Assembly: GCF_038025025.1 (NCBI RefSeq)
Contig: NW_027117353.1
Coordinates: 1-64,000, forward strand
From: Phyllosticta citribraziliensis
Lineage: Eukaryota
Direction: 5' to 3'
Length of the DNA: 64,000 nt
In this document: one piece after another, positions 1 through 12,800 of the stretch
Numbering within the stretch: position 1 is the stretch's first letter
Layout: every line of letters starts with the position of its first letter
The notes under the pieces: model-generated
What the model saw: the letters and a program-made list of their open reading frames with translations, nothing else
Database searches by the model: none
What the model was told of the DNA's origin: nothing
Position numbers and translations under genes: made by a program

Positions 1-83
1 TGTACTTCTTATAACTATATAATGCTAGGTTTATCTATACTGGCCCTGGTACTTATATAGGTATATATACGCCTATCGTGACA
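1..83 (-). mobile_element. Terminal fragment of a third copy of the LTR (element continues left of the window)
   Basis: 1-83 matches the right-hand end of the LTRs at 1582-2049 and 9415-9882 (…gtacttatataggtatatatacgcctatcgtgaca) and ends in TGACA. Confidence 0.92.
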
Positions 84-1581
84 GTTATCTATAATAGCTA
101 GGGACTATTATTTATATAGGCTAAACTAGTTATATAAGGATCCTTATCTAGACTAGGGTACTTATAAATCTAGTAATCCTAAGACTTATATAGGTATAGG
201 AGTCTAACTTAGCTAGCTCTCTATAGCTTAGCTAAATAGTAAATATACTAAGCCTTAACTAAAATAGGAGCTATACCTAGCTATTAAAGGGGCTACTAGG
301 GTTTAGAGGTATAGACTAGTTCTTAGTATTATTAGGGTATTTATACCTAGGGTAACTAGGGTACTTATACTAACTTATATATAGGATACTAATAATAGCT
401 TATATAGCTTATTATATACCTTACTTACCTACTTAATAGTATAAATAACTATACCTTTCTTATAATTACTACTATTATCCTATTAGAATAGGTAATCTAG
501 GTAGTACTATCTAGTAATATTTTATTATATTAATAGGCCCCAAGCTATTAGGGGGTTAAAGAGCTTAGTAATCTATTTTACTTATTATAGGATCTTAGGA
601 GTAAGTAGCTTATCCTTATAGGTCTAGTTCTTCCTATAGTCTATAAAGGCTTTAAACTCCTAGGCTAGTAGTATATCCTAGTTACTAATTATATTATCCT
701 TATAAGGATAGTTAGGTATAGTAGGATTTATAGTAGTAAGGTAGAATCCTAGTAGATATAGGGGTAGTTTATAATTAATACCCTAGATAAAAGATTAGAA
801 GGGTATTTTATAGTTTAGGGTAATATATTATCCTAATCCTATAATAGGCTACTAGTCTTTTAATTAGTTAGGGGAGGGTCTTAATAAGGGGCTAGCCTTA
901 TATATCTATATTACTATTATAAACTAGGGCCTTTAGGTAGGGTAGTAGAAGTAACTTTATAGTACTAGTATACTATAATATTCTAGGTAGGTACTCTTAT
1001 ATATATTCCTTATACTATAGCATTAATTAGTAGAGTTATAGCACTTTTAGCTACTACTTTATAACTTATCCTATAGATAGGCATATAAGCTAAATATATC
1101 TTAATTAGACTAACTACCCTAGCTAGGGCTAGGGGCTAACTATACAGGCTAGGGCCCCTACCTATACTAGGGCTACTGCCCTAAACGCGCTAGGCGCTAA
1201 GTAAAGATATACAGATATATAACACTTAGATAGTAATTAGCTTAGTATATTAGGGATAATATAGTTCCTCCCTAGCTAGTACTACACCTTTAAGGGATAC
1301 TAGCTTAGATATTAGCTAGCATATATTAGGTATAGATTTAGTTACTCTATAAATTAGGAGTTTCTAAAGTATAGCTAGCATATAATAGTAGTAACTACTA
1401 AATAGTTAGTAAATATCTAAGTATCTTTAGAGGCCTATATAAGTATTTATAATTTCTTAACTATCTAAATAACTCCTATTATCTTAAGCTTAGTAGTCTA
1501 GTATCTTATCTTAACTCCTAAAAGATACTAGGATAGGAAGGCTATTAGTTTAATAAACTACTTTAAGAAGTCCTTAGCCTT
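84..1581 (-). mobile_element. Older (outer) Ty3/Gypsy element, left part: end of RNase H and downstream pol sequence, RIP-degraded
   Basis: Minus strand ~1560-1235 reads IAFLS*YLLGVKIRY*TTKLK…IFTNY…IIPNILS*L. This de-RIPs to Gypsy RNase H motifs IAFLSR…AETRYWTTELE…IFTDH…PDALSRL. Confidence 0.85.
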
Positions 1582-2049
1582 TATTACGACTTATAGATTT
1601 CTCGTTACATAGGTAAGGGCTAAAGGTAAACTGCTAGAAAATGCGTATATATCTTAATTAAATCTAATAAGTTAAAAGAATAAAATATAAAAGATACTTA
1701 CTACCTATATATTTCCTAGTCCTTCCTTTATACTATTCTACCTCTCGTCCTTTATATAAGGGTCCTTAGTTATTATTAGGTAAGTTATAAAGGTGAGGTG
1801 TTAATGGGCTGTTATATAGTATCTACCTAGGGCTATAGTAGCTGGTGCCAGCCTATAGTAGCTAGTACTAGCCTGCAGGTTTTGGCCTAAGCTATAGTAG
1901 GCTACTACCTAAGGTGAGGCTTATGCTTCCTATAACTATATAATGCTAGGTTTATCTATACTAGCCCTAGTACTTGCCTACTATATAATGCCAGGTTTAT
2001 CTGTACTAGCCCTAGTACTTATATAGGTATATATACGCCTATCATGACA
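1582..2049 (-). repeat. 3' LTR of the inner chromovirus
   Basis: Starts tattacgac (RIP form of TGTCACGAC) and ends catgaca. Colinear with 9415-9882; the differences inspected are C/T or G/A transitions. Confidence 0.96.
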
Positions 2050-3899
2050 TGCCCCCCCTAAAGAGAAGCTGAAATTATAGGAATTAGCAGCTATAGGTGC
2101 TTATATAGGTATAGACTTATAATATATAATAGTGGTAATTTAGTAATTTAAGCATTCTATATAGTTATAAAGTATAATTATTAGTCTAGGTCTATTACTA
2201 TACCATCTCTTTCTATTACTATCTCTTTTACTACATAACCTATAGAAGGTTACCATCTTACTTAGCCATATCTAAAGCTCCCTATTAAAGTACATTATTA
2301 TCCTAGTCTAATTTAGCTATAATCTAGTAAACTAACTATTATACGCAAAGGTTCTAATAATTTAAATAATTTATACCCTACTAATAGTAAAGCAGACATT
2401 CCTGGCCACTATATACTTAATATATCTACTACTTATTATAGTCTAGTCTATTAGGACTCATTACTATTATACAAGAGTTACAGTATTAAGTTATTATTAT
2501 ATAGCATTATTTATAATCTATCATAGTCACTACTTACTTAGAGAGCTATTTTAGCTAGTAGTATCTATAAGGGCCATTATATAGAGTCCTAAGGTAAGTA
2601 AACTTTAATTCTATCTCTTTAGACTATTACTAATTATTATCTAGGCTATTAAGTAGTATTATATATCTAGGTTCTACTACTTTATCATCCCATCTTACTA
2701 ACCGATACAATTATAGAGGAGGACACTTATATAAATACTTAGTCAGGCTAGGCTTTACTTATTTAGCTAGGAACTACTATAGGCTTATCACTTTACCTAC
2801 AGTATACTATAGTATCAGGTTCTGCTTAATTAGTATTATTAGTTATTATACAAGGTTTATTATCCATAGCTATACAGCCTACTACTAACCAGCCTATTAT
2901 ACTATATTACTACTAGTTTACTGTCGCGCAGCCTATTTTAGAGGAAGAAGGTAAAGAGCCTACTTATATGTACTATTATTATAATCCTACAGCTTATTAG
3001 GTTCTAGCAGCTAAGTACTTACTACCTACTACTTTACATAACAGCAGCAACAGTAAGATTTATATTACAGTATTACTAGTTAGTTCTAATAAGGCGCCTA
3101 TTAAATAGGACTTTAAGTTAATACTTTACATCCCTTATAAAAATATAGAGAGTATTATATAAGTAAGTTTATCTTACTAATATAAGGGATTCTTATCTAA
3201 CTAATTATACAGGCACACCTTAGTAGTTCTAAAGTATAAGAGCGCGCTAAATATATCTTGGCCTTAGGTAATAGCATACCTCACTTACATATTATAGTTT
3301 CTACTTAGTAATTTAACTACTTATTAGTTAAAACTTAAGCCAGCTTACATAATGCTTTTCTTATCTAGTATACTAGAATTAATAACCCTATTAGCTATAC
3401 TAAGTGTTATAATAATACTAATACTCGCGCGTTTATTAGTTATTACTACCTGCCTAGTTTCTTATAGGGCTGTTGCGCCAACTGCCTTTAAGGTATAGGC
3501 AACTTAGACTATACTATTAGTAACTTAAAGGGTACTAAGCTGCCTACTTATTATAAGAGGCATAAAGATAAAATTTATATAGAGGAGTTCTAGAACTTAT
3601 ACTACTAAGCTAGGGTAGAGGATTAAACTAATTAGGCTTTAGCTAAGTAGGACATCCTACCTAATAAGCTAGAGGATCTAGAGGAGACTATCTTATATAA
3701 TAATAGTTATAATAAGAAGAAGGGAAAAGGACAGAAGTAAAGGGTAAAAAGTAAAGAAGAGAGAAGTAGGGGATAAGTAGTAAAAAGGAGAGACTAGAGA
3801 GTAGAAGTTAAGGTTAATAGTATTTATATAAGAGTAGATAGTAAACTAATTAGTCTACTTTCTATATCTTTATAATATTTACTATAGGCCTAAGTAACT

Positions 3900-6800
3900 T
3901 ATTTTATTATTACTTTCTATTTTAATCTATAGTTCTTCTTAGAGGAAGGTAGTCTTCTATTTTTCTAGATTTTTTAGTAGTCCTGCTATAGTGGGGTATA
4001 ATAAGTAGAATTCTTTAATTTTCTATAGTGCGCTGCTAAAAGAACTTGTATTATACTACTAGTTATCTTAGTTATATCTAGTCCATTTAACTTAGTATTA
4101 AAGCTTTCTATATAAGACTTAACTAGCTTAAATATAGTCTACTTCCCACTTAGGCTTATCTTAAATAATCTTAGGTTCTAGTTTAGTATATTCTTAACTA
4201 GGAAGCTATTCTATTTCGGCCTTATATAGCCTATTAGTATAGAAAAGGTTAACCATCTTTATATATAAGGGAAGATTAAGGATATAGGAGGGTCCTTCTA
4301 TTCCTATAATCTTAAAAGGTCTAGTATTAGGGAAGTCCAATTTAAGGTTTAGCTAATTAGTAGACCATCTAGTTTTCTTAATATAGATATAATCTCTAAC
4401 TGTAAAGTCTAGCGCGCGACAGTATTTATTGGCTTATTAGTATATATACTCTTAGGATTTAAGAATAAGATTCTTTATAAATTTAAAAGCTTCTTATCTT
4501 CTCTTTTATAGCATTTATACTACTATATAAGCCATCTTTTCTAGTTACTAGGGGGTCTCTATTCTTTATTACTAGTTATAGTACATTTAAGGGGAATATC
4601 CTAACTCAATCTTAAAAGGTAAAAGTCTAGTAGCTTTATAGGGAAGTATTACTTGTGCAAGGTCTATTAATAGTAGAAGATCAGACTAATTATTCTAAAA
4701 GTAATTAATAAAAGGTCTTAATCTTTATATAAGATGCTAATTAATAATCTCTATAATACTATTAGTTTAAGAGTAGTAGGATGAGTTAAAATGCTACTCT
4801 ATACTAGTCAGCTTATACAGTTTATTTATAAATGCTGAGATGAACTAAGGGCCTTAGTTAGATAGGATAGACTTAGGGTTTCTATAAATATAGTAGATAT
4901 ATTTATAAAAGAGTCTAGAGACTCCTTTAGTATTAATCTTCTTTATATAAGGTAAGCTAAAGGTTCTTTAACTTAACTAGTCTATAATAACTAGAATTAC
5001 ATTATAGCCTTTTTAGTCTTTAGGCATCTCTTTAAAATCTATAGCTAAGTATTACTAGGGTCAAGTAGGAATCTCTAGGGGTTATAGAAGGCCTAGGTCT
5101 TTATTATAAAACTCTTTTATTTAGTAGTAAATATGGCATCCTCACCTATAAATATTAATCATATAATTTATAGCTAGCTAGTAGTAATGTTACTTAAGGA
5201 GTTTTCGCATCTTTATAATACTAGGATAGGTAGTTATATAGGTAGTATATAAAGTATTAAGTATTCTTATGTGGAGGTTATTATAATCTAGTATAAAGAG
5301 GGTGCCATATTATAATAAAAGACCATCCTTTAGTTCCTAACTATTTCTTTATTTAAGGTCTTTTAAGAGGGCTTTCTATCTCTAGAGTTCTAATTTAGAA
5401 TCTTCTTAGTTTGTATAGAGAAGTTTATCTAAAAATAATACTAGAGGAGGAAGTTCTTATTCTAAAATAGAAAGAGGGATAATAGTCTCTAGTAGGATAA
5501 GGTATATCTCTTATATAGCCTTTACTTTTTCTTTTTAAGTCTTTAGGTCTTCTTATTTTTAAGTAAGGTAATTAGTAATAATATTTTCCTTTCCTAGCTA
5601 ATAGGAGAATCATATATAGAACTCTATAAAAAACTCAGACTATCTAGCTTGTTATTAATTAAGTTGTCGTTTAGTAGAGTAGTACTCTAATACCTAATAG
5701 TCTATTATTACGAGAAAAGGTTTTTTAAGGCTAATAAGTATTAGTCTCTATTCTTCTAGTCTATTCTTAATAGCCAGCAGTTCTTTATTAGATATTCTAT
5801 AATAAAGTTCTATATTAGCTATTACCTTAGAGTAGAACGCTACTAGTTTCTAATCGCGTAAAGGTTGTTAAAGCTGCATTAAAACGCCTATAGTAACTCT
5901 ATTACTTATATTAGTCTCTATATAAGTGTTAAGAGTAGGGTCATAGTTAGCTAGGAGTGTATTACTATATATTAGCTTCTTAAGTTGTTAAATTGCCTCC
6001 TCTTCTAGGGGTCCTAGTAGTTACTATTTTACCTTAGAGTATAGTTTCTCTAATAGCCAGCTGATTTATCTATAGTTGGGGAGAAATTATTAGTAGAAAT
6101 TATAGAAACCTAGGAAGGATTAAAGAGCTTTAAGGGTTTTAGGTATTAGCTAGTTTTATATAGGTTCTACCTTATCTAGGTCTATCTAAATACCTTCTAT
6201 AGAAACGATATATCTAAGGAACTTTATATAAGTAACTAAAAACTTACTCTTCTTTAAATCCACCTATAGTCCCGCTTTTTATAGTCTTACTAGTACTTTT
6301 TTTACTTGTTCCTCGTGCTCTGTAGGGTCTTTAGAGATAATGAGCATATTATCTATAAAAGCTATAATAAAATCGTCTAAATACTTAAAGAGAACCTGGT
6401 TAATAAAATATTAAAAGGCTACAGGTCCGTTACTTAATCTAAATAGTAAGACACGGTATTTAAATAAGCTATATCTTATATAGAAGGTAGTCTTATCTTT
6501 AGAATCCTTAGTAAGATAAATGTGGTAGAAAGCTTATTAAATATTAAGCTTAGTATAAATTTTACCCTTTCTAATGCGCTAAAGTAACTCTATAATAAGA
6601 GGAAGGGGGTATAAATCCTTAGTAGTTTATTTATTAAGCTGTTAGTAGTCTATATAGAATCTCTATCCCCTACCAGGCTTTTTTACTACTAGAATAGGAG
6701 AAGTGTAGGCGGTAAAGCTTTTAGTAATAAAGCCTTTCTAAATATTCTTAATAATATACTCTTTTATAGCCTTAAGCTGCTCTAGAGACATTCTATAGAG

Positions 6801-9270
6801 AGGACTTAGTAGAAGCTCTAGTAGACTATTATATATAAGAGTTATTTTATAATTAACTCCTATATAATATAGTAGTAGCTTATTAGACTCTATTTTAGAA
6901 AACACATCTTAAAATTCCTTATAAGCAGCTAGTAGCTTAGAAGCTAGTAATTCCTTAGTTTCTTTATCTTTAAGAGCTGCTTAAACTTATATAAGGTTAA
7001 TAGCGTAGATCTCTATTAGCGCAAGTTATAATTTATAGATAGAAATCTTAAAAGCATCTTAATTTTAAAATTCAATTCCCTTAATAACCTATACTAAGGG
7101 AAGAAGGTGTTTATTAAATTTTTTATCTCTATAGTCTATATCTACTTAATATTCTTTCTATAGTTCTTTACTTTATATAGAGACTTTTAGTAGGCATAAA
7201 AGATACTAAAAGGATTAGTTAACTAGTAGCTATCTCTAGACTAGTTTACATTATTTATAGTCTAGAAGAACATCATACTAGTTAAAAAACTATTACCTAA
7301 GAATTATATCATTGCGGCTAATATTATAAATAAAAGTATAAGTAGAAACTATTTAATCTTAGAAATAGAGTTAAAGATAAAAGTAAAAATTAACTTTCTT
7401 ATTTATATATTAGTTAAACCTAGTAATATTAAGCCCTTTACCTATTATTCTCTTTTTTACAGCACCTATAGACTAGAGAGTTAGTAGTAGCTTAGGGTAA
7501 ATAAAACTTATACTACTAGTACTAGTATTAGCTAGGGCATAAATTTCTAAGGCATGGCTGTTAGATATAATTAAGGTTTATATAGTAAAGGGTACACCTC
7601 TAATAAAGTAACTAAGATTTATATAAGAACCTTTAATGTGTATTACTCTAAGTTTAGACCTAAGGTAGGAGACTTTACCTAGGCCTTATTATTTTCTAAT
7701 AAAGACTAATCTCCTTTATTTATATAGACTTCTTCTATACTTTCTTCTTCTACTAACTCTATTGCCTTTATCTCTAGTTGTAGGTATTACCTCTATAAAT
7801 AGCTAAACTGGCCGCAGCAATTATATAGTCTAATCTCTATATAGACTTCTACTTTACCTTTATAGGTTATATTATATAAGGGAGCCCTAGATATAGATCG
7901 CGCCTAGGTATAACTAGAAGATAAAGTACTTATACTACCTAAGGTAGTTATCTTTACTTATTCTTATTATCTCTTCTTTACTTAATCCTTATACAATATA
8001 AGTATTGGTTTTCTATAGTTAGAATAGTAGTTACTAAGACTTTAAGTAATGGGGTAGGCTTATTAGAGGTACTTATAAAAGTTAATATCCTTATCTTACT
8101 CTATAGTAACTATATAGGTTTAAAGGAGAGGATCTATTATATTATAAAAGTCCTCTTTCTACTATTCCTAGGGAAGATCTATATCTAAGGCTAATTATAT
8201 AAAGTTTAATTAAAACTTCTAAAGGTCTGTAGGAATATAGTATATAAGAGAGCGTAACTACTTCTTTATATCCTTATATTTATATAGACTCTAGAGGAGG
8301 TTATCTAGGAATTTAAAGATATCCTTATCTAGAGTGACTTTATTGGCCTTTATATAAGAAGTAAGGAAAGGAGTTAGGTAATATAAGACTTCTCTACTAA
8401 TATAGGAAATAATATAACCTATAATATTCTATTTAGTCTCCTCTGCTATATCTTTAGTAAAGTAATCGTGGTTTTATTTAATTTTATTTTATATAAGGAG
8501 GGTCTAGTATTTATATAAGGGGTCTTCTCTATTAGTAAGAAGAGGAGGATTAGGAACCTTACTACTTTAGTATTTCTTATTACTTAAAGATAAAGTAGAG
8601 GTTTTAGTAGTAGTTTCTCTTATATAGGTAGAAGGATCTTAAGAGAGGGTAATAGGTCTTAGGTGCTAAGCTAATAAAGAGGGCCTAATATATCCTTCCC
8701 TTAGAACTTCCCTAAGTCTATTAGTATAGTTTAAGAGTATTTACTTAAGAGCCTAGTTCTGCCTTCGCGCGCGGTTTAGTTACTACTACACTTAAGACTT
8801 ATTTAAGGATGTAATCTTAGATTTAAATTAATTAATATCTAAGTATAGTACCTTTATAAACGCCTCTGTAACTAGAGCTTAAACTGTATAAGTTAACCCT
8901 AGGTCTTAGGTATATTCTTTTACCTCTACTGCTAAGACTAAGTAGAAATTATATAGGAGAATAGGGGTAGGTCCTCTCTTATTATTATTTAATAAGTATC
9001 TAGTATTACGTGAATCTTTAGTCCCTTTATATAAATCTTATCAAGTTGATTAACTAGTACTAACACCTTTAGTAGTGCCAGATATATTAGCTTTATTCTT
9101 AGCTATACTATCTTTATAGTCTTCTACTTAGAATATCCCTTAAGTAGGTTATAGATAGGATGCCTCCTAAATATTTATATACTACCCTATAGCCTTAATT
9201 AAAGACTTCTATAGTTAATATATACTTAATACTCCTTAGTCCTTAGATGACACTGATGCGCCTAATAAAG
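3900..9270 (-). pseudogene. RIP-inactivated gag-pol of the inner chromovirus (ends approximate)
   Basis: Minus-strand relics: Zn knuckle YNCCGQFSYL*R*Y (CX2CX4HX4C, ~7784-7825); protease ALANTS (ALADTG, ~7520-7538); RT FKYRVLLFRLSNGP and AFIDNMLIIS (~6333-6463); integrase GLL*PLEIPT*P**YLAIDFKEMP (~5020-5092); chromodomain KWEVDYI…L*Y*VKWTRY (~3980-4150). Confidence 0.92.
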
Positions 9271-9414
9271 ATAACTTAGGTTTACTAGGGAAAAGTAATA
9301 AGTAGTCTTATATAAGACTATAGCTATGTATAATATTACTTAGGTTAAATATTATAACACCTTTATAGGTAAAGAAGTAGGATAGAGCTAAAACTTAGAA
9401 TAATCTTTTATATC

Positions 9415-9882
9415 TATTATAACTTATAGATTTCTTATTATATAGGTAAGGGCTAAAGGTAAACTGCTAGAGAATATATATATATCTTAATTAAATCTAA
9501 TAAGTTAAAAGAATAAAATATAAAAGATATTTACTACCTATATATTTCCTAGTCCTTCCTTTATACTATTCTACCTCTTATCCTTTATATAAGGGTCCTT
9601 AGTCATTATTAGGTAAGTTATAAAGGTAAGGTATTAATAGGCTATTATATAGTATCTACCTAGGGCTGCAGTAGCTGGTGCCAGCCTATAGTAGCTGGTA
9701 CTAGCCTATAGGTTTTAGCCTGAGCTGTGGCAGGCTACTACCTAAGGTAAGGCTTATACTTCCTATAACTGCATGATGCTAGGTTCATCTATACTAGCCC
9801 TAGTACTTACCTACCGCGCGATGCTAGGTTTATCTATACTGGCCCTAGTACTTATATAGGCATATATATGCCTATTATAACA
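9415..9882 (-). repeat. 5' LTR of the inner chromovirus
   Basis: Starts tattataac, ends tataaca and is followed by the TSD gcctt. Same length as the other LTR. A TATATAAA-like box lies on the minus strand near 9584-9591. Confidence 0.96.
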
Positions 9883-9887
9883 GCCTT

Positions 9888-12800
9888 CTTAAGCTAATTT
9901 ATAGTAGGGTTTTTACCCTCTATATTCTCTATATTTATAGTAGGAGTCTAATCTTCTATAACTAGTTTAGGATTACCCTTTATATAATAGGCTATTATAC
10001 TAAAACCTAACTCCTTACTAGTATCTATATCCACAAAGAGGGGTCTCTTAGGTATATAGTAAAAATACTATTATATTTTATAAAGGGTTATCTATATAGC
10101 CTTAAATAATACTACTAATACTAGGGAGTCTAGTAATACCTATACCACTATATATTAGTAATATACTTACTTATCCTTAGGAGTACTTTATAGTAGTATA
10201 GTTTTTATAGCTTCTAATAGTTCTACTAGTTATATATAGTAGGGATAGTTATCCTATAGCTATCTAATAAGCCCTATAAAGGTTTCTAGTTCTTAAAGGG
10301 TCCTTAGGAATTTAAGGTCCTTTAAAGCTTAGATCTTAGCTTCTAATATAGTAATACTAAACCTAGATACCTACTATCCTAATAGTATAATAGATAGGTA
10401 CCCTAACTAAGACTTCTTAGTACTTAGGCTTATATTTATACTATTAAGGATGGTAAATACTTTCTTAAGGTAGTCTAGGTATTCTTCTAGTATTTTAGAG
10501 AAAATAGTAATATTATTAATATATATTTATATAAATATATAGTAGTCCTAAAGAAGAGTGTTATATTACTATTATATATACTATATAGAGTTATAGTATC
10601 CTATTAGGGCTATATTTAACTATTCTATACCCTAGTAGGTAAGTATAATTAGCTTATATTAGTTATTAGGATAGATCTACTATTAATAGAAGAAAGAGTA
10701 GTATCTACTACTAAGATATAGAGGTACCCTTAGATATTAGAGATAATATTAGTAGCTAGAAGGAGTAGCTATAAGTCCTTCTTACTAATAGTATTAAGGG
10801 CTTATATATCTATAACTACTTATCCCTTCTACTCTAGGGTCCTATTCTCTCTAGGGACTAGCTTCTATACTATAAATATAGAGAAGCTAAGATAAGTATC
10901 TCTATATACCTACTCTACCTTTCCTTATTTATATATAGGGTTAAGTATAGTGTCTTAGAATTTATAGTCCCTTTAGGATATAGGATATAGTCTTTAATAT
11001 TTAAAATATTTATACTAGCCTAGGATTAATAGTATCTTTATCTAATCCTTTTTAGAAACCTTAATAAATCCCTTTTAGTTATAGAAAAGGTCTTAAAACT
11101 AATCTACTAATTTCTAGTATAGTGACTAGACCTTAGGGGTCCTAAATATAGTAATACTATTATTAAGCTTAACTTCCTCTATAATAAGGATAGTAGGATT
11201 TAAACTAGCTAGGCTATATTCTATATCTATAAGGTAGTATACCCTATTAAATTCTACTATAATAATACTACCTAGCTATATATTCTAAGAGATTATAAGA
11301 GACTAATCTAAGTTATTTCTAGTAATAATCTAGTTTATATCTATACTAGTAACTATAGTATAAAGGGTACCTCTCTTTTATAGGAAAGGTATAGGATATA
11401 TAGTTTTATTAGGATAGAACTTATATACTTAGTAAAGGAGGTCTAGTCCTAGGATTTTAATAAGTAGCTTTACCTAAGACTATAGGGGTATTATTATATT
11501 CTTTATAGTATATATATATTAATAGATAGGAGTAGAAAATAGCTTAGTTATTATACTAGTATTTAGTCCCTTAGGCCCTATATATAGCTATATTACTTAA
11601 TTCTAACTAATATTAATAATTACCCCTTTAGGATATAGGAGGTTATTTCCTATAAGTAGAGGGATATTTAACTTATTAGTTATCTAAGTATAGTAGGGAA
11701 GAAAGCTAAGTACCTATCCTACCTTAGTTTATCTAGGTAAGTAAAGGGGAAGTATTATATAGTTAGTATATTCTATCTTATATTCTACTCTAGTAATAAT
11801 TATAGATTTCTTAAGTATTATTACCTTAATATTAGGGAGCTTTTCCTTTAAAAATATTCTATTTACTATTAAGGATAAAGTACCTATATTAAGATACCTA
11901 ATATCTACTATTCCTATAGGGGTTAGCCTAAAACTAATCTCTATAGATTAATATTTAGGAAATAGAGGTAGATTATCCCCTATACTAAGTCCTATAAAGA
12001 CTATAGATAACTCTAAGATTAGTACCTTTAGTTCTATATTAGCTATAGCCTTATCCTTTATCTTCCTAAGTTTACTATTAACTAAGTTAAACCCTAATAT
12101 AATAAGGTAGACTATTTAGTAATAGTATCCCTAACTAAGTATAGAAGTACCTTACCTATAGTACTATATTACCTATACTATAAAGCTAAGGGGAAAGATT
12201 AATACCTACTAGAGGGCTATAACTACTAGAGTAAGGATATACTAAGAGGGGATAATATATTACTTAGTTCTATTATCCTAATAGCTTTTAGATACTAGTT
12301 ACCTACTAACTAGATAGTACTCTATTTAGGTCCTAAATTCTTAAGTAGCTTAATACTTACTTAGTTTAAACTATATTTAAAACTATTATTCCTTAGGTAC
12401 TAGTATAACTTATATTTAGAAGGGAAGCTTATCTAGTAGCTATTATATAGCTTCTAGAGATTAAGTACTATTATATTACTACTAGGAGTATAGTTAAAAG
12501 TATTATCCTAGGTAAGTATATATCTATACTAGGAGTAGTAGTTAGCTCCTATTATAATTATAGGCTTACTATTATTTAACTATAGTTTCTCCTTATTAGT
12601 TATAGGGGTCTCTATACTAGCATCCTTATTACTTTTAGTATTTTTACTTTCCTTATTAGTATCCTTATACTTACTTTTAGAGCTATCCTAGGTATAGTAT
12701 TATATATATATAGTAGGTTTATAGTTATAGTTATAGTTATAGTTATAATAATCCTTAGGCTTTAAGTAGGACCTAGAACTAGACCCTTTTAGGTTAGGAG

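Larger units (their letters stand above)
1582..9882 (-). mobile_element. Boundary-complete Ty3/Gypsy chromovirus LTR retrotransposon, RIP-inactivated (8.3 kb)
   Basis: Two 468-bp direct LTRs. Identical 5-bp flanks GCCTT at 1577-1581 and 9883-9887 (TSD). Polypurine tract (plus-strand tgccccccct at 2050-2059) fixes minus orientation. Domain order gag-PR-RT-RH-IN-chromo. Confidence 0.96.
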
